Positions 11,850-22,539 of a DNA stretch of 36,436 nucleotides are shown here, one piece after another; position 1 is the stretch's first letter, and the number at the start of each line of letters is the position of its first letter. Position numbers and translations under genes: made by a program. The DNA comes from Octopus bimaculoides (Eukaryota), in NCBI RefSeq assembly GCF_001194135.2, contig NC_068984.1, positions 121,497,922 through 121,534,357 of the forward strand, written 5' to 3'. The notes beneath the pieces are model-generated. The model saw nothing but the letters and a program-made list of their open reading frames with translations, had not been told where the DNA came from and did no database searches.

Positions 11850-12600
11850 CCAACACAGATGTACCAACATCTGTAAGTCTCTGTATAGGAACTTGCAGTG
11901 TTACGTGACAACTAGCAGCAGAACCACCAATATGTTGTAAACTGCAACCAGGGTGAGAAAGGGTTGCATCTTGTTGGCTTTTCTGTTCTTTATAATGACT
12001 GATTTCATTATGTGGAAAGTGATGGATAGCACCAGTTTTGGAATAATGTAGGGACTGGGCAAACTGACAGATTTGAATTTCACAGACCAATTAGCATTAC
12101 TAAGCTCTGATTAAGATACATTGCAGGCCATGACAGATAGCCTATACAGTTTGGGAGTGAAAGTTGGTCTGCAGATTAGTACTGAAAATTTCAAGGCCAT
12201 GTCAACTGGTAGAGCCCAAGCACAACTTGTTAATCTAAGACAAGACAAAATCAAGTATGTCAATAAGTTTGCATATCTTGGAAACTGTATTTTCAACTCA
12301 GATGATGCAGAAGTTGAAGTCAAAATCAGGATAGGTAAAGCAACATCACTATTCCAATGCCGTCATCCGATATAGAGATCAAAGACCATCAATAGGAAGA
12401 CTGTACTCATCTATTGTTATACCAACAGCCATCTATGCATGTGGAACCTGGAAGAAGACTGCAAAGATCTCTGATATGCTGGAGGTGTTCCATAAATGCT
12501 GCCTTCTTTCATGTCTTTTTTAAAGAGTGCAATATAACATACACCTGAAATGTTAGATTGGGTCAAAAAAAAAAATATTGGGATAAACCAGCTACACAAG
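11850..12600 (+). mobile_element. Old RTE (BovB-like) LINE RT fragment
   Basis: ORF 12121-12375 reads LGVKVGLQISTE..KAM...VNKFAYLG.CI...D.E.EVKIRIGKA, the RTE RT C-terminus. Surrounding frames are disrupted. Confidence 0.65.
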
Positions 12601-12646
12601 TCAGGTAATCAAGAAACTAATAGAATCACATAAAACTTTTACTGAC

Positions 12647-12712
12647 CACTAAAGGAACTTGAAGTAATGAAGATAATTCATCCTGGTCTTCAACTGTTGT
12701 GCGCGGATGGAC
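12647..12712 (-). CDS. EIF6: eIF6 coding exon 5 ([22 protein letters not shown]); absent from the ORF track
   Basis: TTCCAG acceptor and GTCAGT donor; 66 nt, phase 0/0. Matches the recalled human [22 protein letters not shown]. Confidence 0.95.
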
Positions 12713-13100
12713 CTGGAACAAATTGAATAAGAACTCATTAGTTTGGAAGCATTACATTTCAGGCTACGGAAATGGCTCCTGCTCCTGAATGCTAGTTGGT
12801 TGTGTACTTCCTCTGGTATATCCACCTGACACTCCCATCTCTTTTCCTCTTACCACCCATACAGAGTCTCAGTTTTTCACCTTACACACACACACTAACC
12901 ACTGACTAGTTTTGCCTTCCTAGAACGTCAACTCTTAGGAATCCCTTCCTTATTCATGTTTTAGTTTTTTTTTTACAGTTGGTGACTTGCAGTTGTTCAA
13001 AATGAACATTATCAAATCAATCTCACCAGTTTTGTCAGGAGTGTCCAACTCAAAGGTGCAAATTCTTCTTCCTGATGAAACTATTAGATTTAAAAAAATA

Positions 13101-13460
13101 CATAGGCATGGCTGTGTGGTTAAGAAGCTTGCTTCCCAACGATACGGTTTCAGGCTCAGCCCCACTGCACAGCACCTTGGGAAAATATCTTCTACTAGAG
13201 CCCCAGGCCAAGCAAGGCCTTATGAGTGGATTTGATAGGTGGAAATTGAAAGGAGTATCATGCATGTATATGTATGTTGCTTTGTCTTAAAGACTACATG
13301 GTGGTTATAAATGAGCACTGTTTGTTCCCAATCTTCCATTACAAATATATCTGACCACAGGGAAATATTACCCTTTTTGGAAACAATTGAAGGTTGACAT
13401 GAGAGGAAAGGTATCTAGTTGTAGCAAAGTTGTTTCAACAAATTTCATCTGACCCATGCA
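13101..13460 (+). mobile_element. SINE family A head with a different 3' part
   Basis: Head GGCTGTGTGGTTAAGAAGCTTGCTTCCCAAC. The 3' part resembles about 8340-8520. Confidence 0.65.
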
Positions 13461-14592
13461 AAGATGGAAAAGGGTGTGTTAAAATATGTTGAAACAATGA
13501 TGATGCTAATGACAATATTCTTAGTTTTACAGGAGCATAAATATGTTCTGCCAAAAACTGCTATAAATGTCTAGAATTAACTGCTGCAGAGATAAATCAG
13601 AAAAGCTTTAAGGCTGTTGGAAGCATTTAAAGATATGCTAAAAGACAACTATTTTATTTACTCATCTTACCAACCAGATAATTTCAAAAACAAACTTTTC
13701 AATGACTAGAGAAAGAGCAGTAAAAATATTAATTTCTCTGGAACAAGAAAGGTGCATCATTTAGAGTGGTAACTGGTGAATAAAGCTAGTTTTTACAGTA
13801 GTAGGCAGATACATAAAGACAATTTTTCACTTAGAATAAATGTAAATCAGTGTTGAAGTAATAGATGAAACATTTGTAGAAGCCTTTATGCAATAGCTCA
13901 ATCTGCTGAAAATAGCAACCAAATTATCTCAATCCACACTGTGTCACTACAGAAAAAGGAGACATTGGCCACTGACATTCTAGATATTACAAAATACAAA
14001 AGAAAGATGTTAACCATTCTAAAATTAATCACAATGTTTAAGCAATTTGTATTTATTGACAAAAATTTAATTTGTGAACACAAACTAAAATTGAAACAAC
14101 TGTAATATATAATTTTACAGTCCCATTTTGAGGATGCCAGATATGTAAATGAATTAAAACTAGGATTAAATATTGATCACTGACAGGGAACTCTACAATC
14201 AATAACATGAAGAAAATTATCTAAAATAGACTGTAGCTCAACATAAGAGAGATACCAAGAGGGCAATGAGATAAAGTGTACAGAAGACAAGTATAACTTT
14301 AAAAAATAATAATGATAAATCAATTTACATTAAACGAGGAGGAACAGCTAATGATGTAATCATGATCTCAAGGATGTAGTCTTCTAAGATATTTCAGTCT
14401 CACTTGGTAACTTTTGTTGCCAACTGGAGTAATACAGAACAAGCAATAACAGACTGCTATTAATTTTATAGTGGACTGAGTATATTTAAGAACTACTACC
14501 TTTATGGACAAATAACAAGTAACATCATATGATATTTAAATCCTAGAAACAAGTTTAAAATAATAGAACATTAATGTTCTGCAATTACTCAC

Positions 14593-14703
14593 AAGACCAC
14601 CTTGGTTATTGAAGGCACAATAGCTTCCAACTAGAACATTATCAGCAATAGTCTGTCTAAATACTTCAACTTTCAGCACATCAGTAATAATTTCTTCTGT
14701 TTC
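14593..14703 (-). CDS. EIF6: eIF6 coding exon 4 ([37 protein letters not shown])
   Basis: TTCACAG acceptor and GTGAGT donor; 111 nt, phase 0/0. Confidence 0.95.
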
Positions 14704-14769
14704 CTGTGAAAAATATCTCAACACAAAAGAGAATAAAAGACAAAAAAAAGATTAGCTCTTTTGTTCCCA

Positions 14770-14977
14770 TATCTCTGTTTAAATACAGTTTTTGTTTCAG
14801 TTAATTTTTAAAACTAAGAATTTAGTAAAATAACTAACATTATTAAGCTGGGGTTTTGGACATAAATTAACAGGAAATTTTTTTAAAAAGGCTTCAATTT
14901 TGATCACTTTAAAATAAGATTGTATACACAGTAGGTGGGAGCCAGACAGGTTGGTATCAAAATGATTAAGTCAAGAG
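14770..14977 (-). mobile_element. TTAA-type MITE filling most of the 313-nt eIF6 intron
   Basis: Reverse homolog of 9592-9810. Confidence 0.55.
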
Positions 14978-15016
14978 CTGGATGAATAAGAGCATAGTTA
15001 GATTTAATTGTATTAC

Positions 15017-15192
15017 CCGGTCAAGATCTGGATGAACAAGAGCAACATAATCATTACAAGCTATTACATTGCCTAAAGCTGACAGTCTTTCTTCAACTCT
15101 TTGCACATGAACAGAATCTGGTAGACTGTTACGGATATGTTGTAATTCTTGGTCAGTGGTAGAATTTGGAACAATCAAACCATTTTTGTTTC
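15017..15192 (-). CDS. EIF6: eIF6 coding exon 3 ((G)[58 protein letters not shown])
   Basis: TTTTAAG acceptor and GTAATA donor; 176 nt. Highly conserved eIF6 sequence. Confidence 0.97.
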
Positions 15193-15642
15193 CTTAAAAC
15201 AAATCAAATGAAAACACTCAAAATTTATTTTCACTTGTAGTAAGTAACATGCAATGAAATTTGTTTTGATAAAGCTTAAAATGTAAAACACACAGCACAG
15301 ATAACAAGTCATTTAGTTCTGAGTTTGAGAAGCCTAATCTTAATTCTGAATGCAGATAAGAGAATAAGCTTGCAGCTTAATCTCTTAACAAATGGTACAC
15401 AGAAATTGGAAGAGAATTTTTTTAATGATAAATATATTGGTTAAAGTAAGCAATATATCCTACATAAAAAGCACAACTTGCTCAAAAGACTGCACTTGAA
15501 TTGTTATATTATAGTACCCAATAGTGATTGAGTTTGTAAAAATCAACACAGTCATAAAATGGTATATATATATTTCTCAATTCAAATTACAACACATACA
15601 AGGTACAAGTAAATAAAAATATCTCAACACAAATACACATAC

Positions 15643-15990
15643 CATCATCATCATTTGACATCCGTTGTCCATACTGGCATGGGTTGGACAATTTGACTGG
15701 GCCGGCACACTGGAAGGCTGTGCCAGGATCCAGTCTGATTTGGCATGGTTTTCTATGGCTGGATGCCCTTCCTTGGTCAGTGGTAGAATTTGTAATGGGT
15801 GAGTTTACGTGCCACCAGCACGGGTGCCAATTTGCGTGACACTAGTATCTGCCATGATTGCAATTTTGCTTGGCTTGATGGGTCTTCTCAAGCATGACAT
15901 AATGCTAAAGGTCTTGGTCATTGCCTCCCTGAGGCCCAACACTTGAAAGGAGCTCAGCCACTTTGCCTCCATGAAGCCCAATGCTCAAAT
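15643..15990 (-). mobile_element. RTE LINE 3' end
   Basis: (ATC)n followed by the same 3'UTR as the 2165, 6182 and 23755 copies. Confidence 0.7.
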
Positions 15991-16779
15991 GTATATAACA
16001 TATGCATATGTATTTTTGTATTTAATCCAAAAGATAGTAAGATCTATGAGCAGCTACATTGTAAAGATGAGGTTTCATCTACATAAACCACTGCTAGAAA
16101 CAGCTGCCAAATCCTACATTGTCAGAAAATAAAATGGCGAATGTTTTGTTAAGAGATGATCTGAGGTTTAACAATAACTTTTAAGTACTCTAAAATGATA
16201 TTCAAAATTTAGACAGAAAAATTCTTATATAATTTACTTCAAAACAGGGACCAAACGGACAGCTCACATATCAAAGCCAGAAGAGGTCACATTTTGAAAA
16301 ATGAATAAGTCAAAATAAAGGTTGAAAACTGAACTGAGGAAAATTTACATTTACAGATTCCTTATATATCCAGCTTTTCTCTAGGCTCATTTATACTCCA
16401 CCATTCATGCACAATAACATTACACACTCAGTATTCCATACTCTCGCCACTCGTTTCTGGCTGCTGGAAATCTGCATTCAAGAACCATACCTCAAACGCA
16501 TCATGTAATCTGGCCGTTACTCTGAAATGAAAACTCTTTGTGACAAGCAGAAGTAACAGGTCCCTCTTCCTACTTTGATTATTATGATTTTGAAACACCC
16601 GACTGTTCTACAAATTGACTCTCTTCAGCAATAAAAGCCAACAAATATTTCTCACAATCCTTCTGAACTATTCTTGTGTATTTATCATATACAAAATCTA
16701 CTATTGATACCACTACACTTCTTGTGACTTACGTACCTATAGCTTACACTGGATACATGATCCACAAGTTCTAATTACT

Positions 16780-17260
16780 GATATTCTACATATTAAGCAT
16801 GGCCATTTTTATAGCAATAAGAGTCTTGTCTTCTTTCCTACTTACTAAAACTTGACTCTTTGTTGAGTTTACTTTGGAGCCTCTTGATTCTAGGTTTTGT
16901 TTCCATGTCAAAAATTTCTTCTCTGAGTCTAATTCACCTATAAGAACTAAGACATCAGCATACCAGATTTCCAACAGACAGCAAGGCATACACTCTAGTT
17001 ATGGCCTAGAAGGCAACAATAAAGAGGTGCCAAAAACTGATTCCTGGTGGACCCCTTAATGCACACTGATCTCAGTTTACAGATTGTGCTTGTGTACATG
17101 GGTTGTATAAGCCATTCATTTGTGCCTAATTTCCTTAGTGACCAACAGATTAGAAAATGGAACCCTGTCAAAGGACTTCTCCAGTTAATAAATACTAGTA
17201 ACATGGAGCACGATTGTCTTATGAGGAAGACAGTGTTGATACATATAAAAGTGCATATAC
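16780..17260 (-). mobile_element. Degenerate RTE RT fragment
   Basis: Frames read YADVLVLIGE...WKQNLESRGSKVN..KSQVLVS and LRKLGTNEWLIQ.MY, matching the RT region of the 6182 element. Confidence 0.6.
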
Positions 17261-17431
17261 ACACAAACAAGCTTTAAATTGATCTACTATCATAACCTGA
17301 GTATATCTTTTCTGTTAGTTTGAAACTGAATTAAGCAAAATTGATTTTGAAGAGAGATTCCTTAGAAACATATAAAGGAAATGCTGAGCATATTTTAAAG
17401 AAATACAAATATATTGTAGAAGCTAACTTAC

Positions 17432-17517
17432 CAACACACATACGCCCAATTATGCGACAACCAGCAAGGGAAACGTGTACAACAGGTACTGCTTCACCTA
17501 ATTCGCCTTCAAATAAA
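17432..17517 (-). CDS. EIF6: eIF6 coding exon 2 ((S)[28 protein letters not shown](G)); absent from the ORF track
   Basis: TTTTAG acceptor and GTAAGT donor; 86 nt, phases 2/1 fit both neighbours. Confidence 0.95.
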
Positions 17518-18280
17518 CTAAAATAAAAAAAATTAAATAAAAAGATTAAAATTAGAAAATAAAATTTTTAAAATAAAGAGAGAAGAGGGAGGAAGTTTAT
17601 ATTTTTATTTTTCTTACCAAAATTGATAAGACATTTGATATCAATGATGTTTTGAATAATGAATTTACGTTAAAGAAAGAAAAAAAAGAATTGTTTTCTC
17701 TTAATTTTGAAATTTAATGACTTAAACCTTTTGTTCAGAAATATTACCAAATACCTTATGAAAATTTAGATTCACGTCCGGGAATCGAAACCGCGATCCT
17801 ATGGCCTCGAGTCCGCTGCCCTAACCACTGGGCCATTGCGCCTCCACATTCAAGTAAAAATAACGTTTAATAAACGGCACCTAATTAAACATAGCATTTT
17901 ATAACAATGAGTGCGTATGTGTGTATTTTCGTTTATCAGTATTTCATACCTCTTTTGGACATGACCTCATACATTGTTTAAAAGGTTAATAATTTTAAAA
18001 TAACTGAAAGCTAACACACTTCAAATGAAGACAATTACTTGAGACTACTGACGAAACACTCTTGATAAGAGACAAACATTTTCGCCAGTCTTTATCAAAT
18101 GTAGATAATAGGAAAACAAACGGTACGTATCTCAGCACTTGCTACTGACTTTTGTTATGCTTGTGGATATAGGTATAACAGCTTAACTGTGTGGTTTCGG
18201 ATTCGATCGTACTGCATGACAACTAGAGAAAATGACAATCAAAACCTTGTGCAAAATCATCGAAGGGAGAGGCAGACCGT

Positions 18281-18820
18281 CGTCCGGTTTGCGAAATTTT
18301 TTTTCCCACGGGAGTTCCGGACCCCAGTTATGAACTCATTTGCATACAGCCAATCAGAGTTCAACTATCAAACTAATTTATGAGCGCATAACAAGTGATG
18401 GGCGATAAGATAAGATCACTTGGGTAAGGAATGACCATGCCTCTTTTATCTTTTAAGAATACTTGATCTTGTTTCAACTATGGCTGCTTCTACGTAGTTA
18501 TTTGTGTTGTTTACTTTGTAAAACAGTAAAGGGAGAGGGTTGCCAGCACATCACCTTCTACCCACGTTTTCCCCATCCACATCTTTACCACATGGGACCC
18601 TAACAAAATTCAATAATAAGTATAGATGCAAATCTATCTAATTACTTATCTCCTTCTAAAATCAGGCATAACTTAGCAATCGGTCGACTTACAGCACCCT
18701 TCTTCGTCTTGAGTTTACTTGGAGTGTGTTTTTAACTTAACAAGGTCAAGGTGAGCTCTGATTGGCTGTATGCAAATGAGTTCTTTACTGGGGTCCGGAA
18801 AACAAATTTCGCGTCCGGCG
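18281..18820. repeat. Inverted-repeat element of about 540 bp (49-bp core arms carrying ATTTGCAT and CCAAT)
   Basis: 18315-18363 versus the reverse complement of 18752-18800: 46/49 identical. Looser similarity extends outward. Confidence 0.8.
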
Positions 18821-18965
18821 AAACACCCACTGCCCAGCCCATAAGAGCGTTTACCAGAGTTCAGTTTGTTGCAAGCCAAACGTTGGGGCTAGCATGACTT
18901 TCTTCCTTTGGAGAACACCCTGAAAAGTTTGGCATAGCGACACAAGAGTGCTCCCCCGCCCAACT

Positions 18966-19144
18966 NNNNNNNNNNNNNNNNNNNNNNNNNNNNNNNNNNN
19001 NNNNNNNNNNNNNNNNNNNNNNNNNNNNNNNNNNNNNNNNNNNNNNNNNNNNNNNNNNNNNNNNNNNNNNNNNNNNNNNNNNNNNNNNNNNNNNNNNNNN
19101 NNNNNNNNNNNNNNNNNNNNNNNNNNNNNNNNNNNNNNNNNNNN
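18966..19144. other. Assembly gap (179 N)
   Basis: Run of N in the sequence. Confidence 1.
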
Positions 19145-19655
19145 AGTTGGTTTCGTTTCATCATAACTTTCAGGAAAATGCATATGAAATTTTCAACAAA
19201 TACTTTTCAGATGGTGTAGGCCACGATTATATCGAAATTTAATATGAAAAAAAAAAATTAAAAAATTGGAGGGCTCGCACACATACATACTGACATAGAC
19301 CACACATTTTTTCGAAATTTCAAGTTTCATTCTGTGATGCATGTCAGTATGGAATGTGTGCGAGCCCACCATTTTTTTTTCTTTCTTTTTCATATTAAAT
19401 TCCGACATAATCGTAATCTACACCACCTGAAGGGTATATAGTGAAAATTTCATTGACAAATATCCATTTTTCAGAATGTTATGAGGAAACAAAACCAACT
19501 CGTGTGAATTTTCCAAAACTCCTTCCTCCATCTTCAAAAAAAATTTTTTTTTTCACGACAAATTCCAATATAATAGTAATCTATACGATCTGAAGCGTAT
19601 TTGTAGAAAATTTCATTTAAAAATATCCATTTTTCTAGAAGTTATGACGAAACAG
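19145..19655. mobile_element. Fold-back/MITE-like element (arms about 19145-19286 and 19341-19500) plus a third partial arm (about 19545-19653)
   Basis: Begins AGTTGGTTTCGTTTCATCATAAC and ends GTTATGAGGAAACAAAACCAACT. The arms are reverse-complementary over about 145-160 bp. Confidence 0.75.
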
Positions 19656-20901
19656 GGGGTCACACTTGCGTACGTATGCCAAAAGCTAATTATCAAGTAA
19701 CAGGAATTAATCTGAAATAACACCATCAGAAGATCCAAACACTTCTACAGAAGTAAAAGCCTTAGATTTATTCCGAATGAAATAAGGGACTGAAATGTAT
19801 ACGGATTGCTTAAAGAAATTAAAAAAGAGTAAATAGAGTCAAAATTGAATGATTTTGCTTTCAAAGTAAGTGTATTCGAAGGGAATCAATTACAATATAC
19901 GATAGGTTATGTTATCAACCGCAAAAGATGATGAGACGAGCTGGAAACAGTGAAGCTGCACGCCTCTGATTGTAGTCGGCTTCCTACTTGTTCCTCCCAA
20001 CTCAATGACAACACTAAATGTTGCCGGTGTAGATAGATAATAATAAATAATGCGTTATCAGAGGCCACGTGGGTGACAAATCATATATATGGCAAATGAT
20101 TGTGCAATAGCAAAGTTTCCGAAAATACCTGGCGATAAAAAAATTAAATAGCTGTCGTTGTGTGTTGTTCGAGCTTTGGTTTTTGGGTAAATTACAACCA
20201 ATACGTTTCGTTTTTCGTCTTAATTTAAGATTTAGACAGTCTGCTTTGCAACCAGTTTAAATAAAGCATCGACAATTGGTTTAATAATAGTATCAGGTAG
20301 AGGGGCGAGTAATGAACTTAATAAATGTATCGCTTTAATCGTTGCACAATTTAGAAAAATGTTTTAATTAATATCGTTAATATTAAGTACTACATGACAT
20401 CTGAATTAAAGTTACAGACCTCCAGCGTGTGGTACTACTAAAGCAGCGCGGACCCGAACGCGCAGTCGCGCGTCCGCGCTAGCTAGTCGTGAGTGGTCGA
20501 TCCTAACCCTAACCCGCGTGTGTTTAGGGTTAGGGTACACGTGAAAACTTTTGCAGTGGTTTTACAACCACCTCTAGTCACTGTCCAATAAATTAGACAC
20601 ACAAAACCTCTGTTCTCACATAACGCGTGGAATGGTATTATATGTTAGTGCTATACTTGAATGTATATTTCATCGTGGAAGTTGATTTAGCATCCTGTAA
20701 CAATAAAGCATGGTCTGCAGAAGACTACGAACTGGTTTATTAATAAAAATAGATTTCTTTTTTTTTTATTATTATACATTAATGAAAAAGATTCATAGAG
20801 GGCAAAAATATAGATATGAAAAGATTAAAATGATTTCCGCCATCATATACTTGATTATTATATACAAAATTAAAGATAAAACGACCATCATTTCGACTTA
20901 C

Positions 20902-21008
20902 CTATAAAAATTCTCAGATCCTCCAATAGCAACTAGGCAGTAAGAATTCGTTAATTTGGAAAACACCCCAACTTCGTTACTTCCTTCAAACTGGATACGA
21001 ACAGCCAT
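20902..21008 (-). CDS. EIF6: eIF6 coding exon 1 ([35 protein letters not shown](S)); absent from the ORF track
   Basis: ATG at 21008-21006 and GTAAGT donor; 107 nt. Matches the recalled eIF6 N-terminus MAVR..FE...[22 protein letters not shown]. Confidence 0.97.
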
Positions 21009-21081
21009 CCTTAGCAGTATAACAAGGCGCAGTCAACAAGATCTTCAATTGTTATGCTTTGACAACAAATTCTTTCTTTAC

Positions 21082-21160
21082 CTCGATGGCACCTAGTTCA
21101 CATTTCCACCAGCATGTTGCACAATATGCGTTCTACGTCACATCGAAGCTATCTAGCGGT
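21082..21160 (-). promoter_or_regulatory. Possible non-coding first exon / proximal promoter of eIF6
   Basis: GAG|GTAAAG donor at 21081 and CTAAG acceptor at 21010 would define a 72-nt 5'UTR intron ending 1 nt before the ATG. A CRE-like TGACGT lies near 21136-21141. The upstream boundary is a guess. Confidence 0.35.
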
Positions 21161-21448
21161 TGACAACAGTAACTAAGGGCGGATAATTCAGAAAACAGAT
21201 CAAAAGTATTTTCGTTTCATCATTTTCCATAAATAGTTTATTTGTATTTCCCAAGCATTTAGAACCCAACAGATTTCATAAGATTCAGTAAACTAATGTC
21301 ATTTTAGTAATGACATTAGTTTACTGAATGTAATGGCAAATTGTCTTGCCAAATTAACATTAGTTACCGGTTATTTCTTGAAGTATCTTCGATTACATAA
21401 TTCCAATTGCACAACACCGCCCTTGTTCATGCAATATATTACGCATAC

Positions 21449-22112
21449 AAGGCGGCGAGCTGGCAGAAACGTTAGCACGCCGGGCGAAATGCTTAGCGGC
21501 ATTTCGTCTGCCGTTACGTTCCGAGTTCAAATTCCGACGAGGTCGACTGCCTTTCATCCTTTCGGGGTCGATAAATTAAGTACCAGTTACGTACTGGGAT
21601 CGATGTAATCGACTTAATCCGTTTGTCTATCCTTGTTTGTCCCCTCTGTGTTTAGCCCCTTGTGGGCAATAAAGAAATAAGAAACGTTAGCGCGCCGGGC
21701 GAAATGCATAGCGGTATTTCATCTGCCTTTACGTTCTGAGTTCAAATTCCGCCGAGGTCGACTTTGCTTTTCATCCTTTCGGGGTCGATAAATTAAGTAC
21801 CAGTTGCGTACTGGAGTCGATCTAATCGACTGGCCTCCTCCCCCCAAATTTCAGGTCTTGTGCCTAGAGTAGTAAATAATATATTGTTTACAAGGTGGCG
21901 AGCTGGCAGAAACGTTAGCATACTAGGTGAAATGCTTAGCGGTATTTCGTCTGTCTTTACGTTCTGAGTTCAAATTCCGCTGAGGTCGACTCTGTCTTTC
22001 ATCCTTTCGGGGTCGATAAATTAAGTACCAGTTGCATACTGGGGTCAATCTAATTGACTGACCCTCTCCCCCAAAATTTTGAGCCTTGTGTCTAGAGTAG
22101 AAAAGAATATAT
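21449..22112 (+). mobile_element. Three head-to-tail copies of tRNA-derived SINE family B
   Basis: Units at about 21449-21680, 21681-21880 and 21891-22112. A-box-like GGCGAGCTGGCAGAA, B-box GAGTTCAAATTCC and shared body CCTTTCATCCTTTCGGGGTCGATAAATTAAGTACCAG. Confidence 0.85.
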
Positions 22113-22539
22113 TACGTGTACACGTGCACACACGCACGCATGACGATGTAGTCCCACATACACATACAGGTGAGACTACATCGTCATGTCTCCTTCCTTA
22201 TTTAAGGCAGAAATATGTGAATGGAGGGAAATTTGGCTGCTATTTCTAGCAGGTCATATGACCACAAAGCAGCCAGCCACCATTGGCTCTAAATAAAGTT
22301 TGTTATTGTTGACCACCTTTATTGAACAGACCTATGATGAAAAGATTCCAGTTGTGGCCATCCTGTTTTTTTTGTATGTTAGTAATTACCTTGGGTAACA
22401 TTGTTTAACTTAAATGGTAGGGTGTGAATTAAAGGAGATTCAGATGCTATTTCCAGCATATCGACTGACCATGATGAAGCTCCTGTATATATGTATGTAT
22501 GTCTCTTCTATTTTTTAATTATTATAAATAAATCTTCCA

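Noticed and set aside
12960-13110. Exon-like stretch on + (TTTTTTACAG acceptor, open frame GDLQLFKMNIIKS...)
   Set aside because: No recognisable homology and no partner exons. It runs into a SINE and is antisense within eIF6.
18851-19183. ORFs spanning the N run
   Set aside because: Artefacts of translating an assembly gap.
19928-19969. C/D snoRNA (ATGATGA ... CTGA)
   Set aside because: Only about 42 nt long, antisense to the host eIF6 transcript, and with no terminal stem or recognisable guide.
20500-20540. Telomerase RNA template (CCUAACCCUAA-like)
   Set aside because: The would-be template is locked in a perfect stem with its own complement, and no pseudoknot, CR4/5 or H/ACA context could be recognised.
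21449-21545. tRNA genes
   Set aside because: The A/B-box heads continue into SINE bodies and do not fold as complete cloverleaves.
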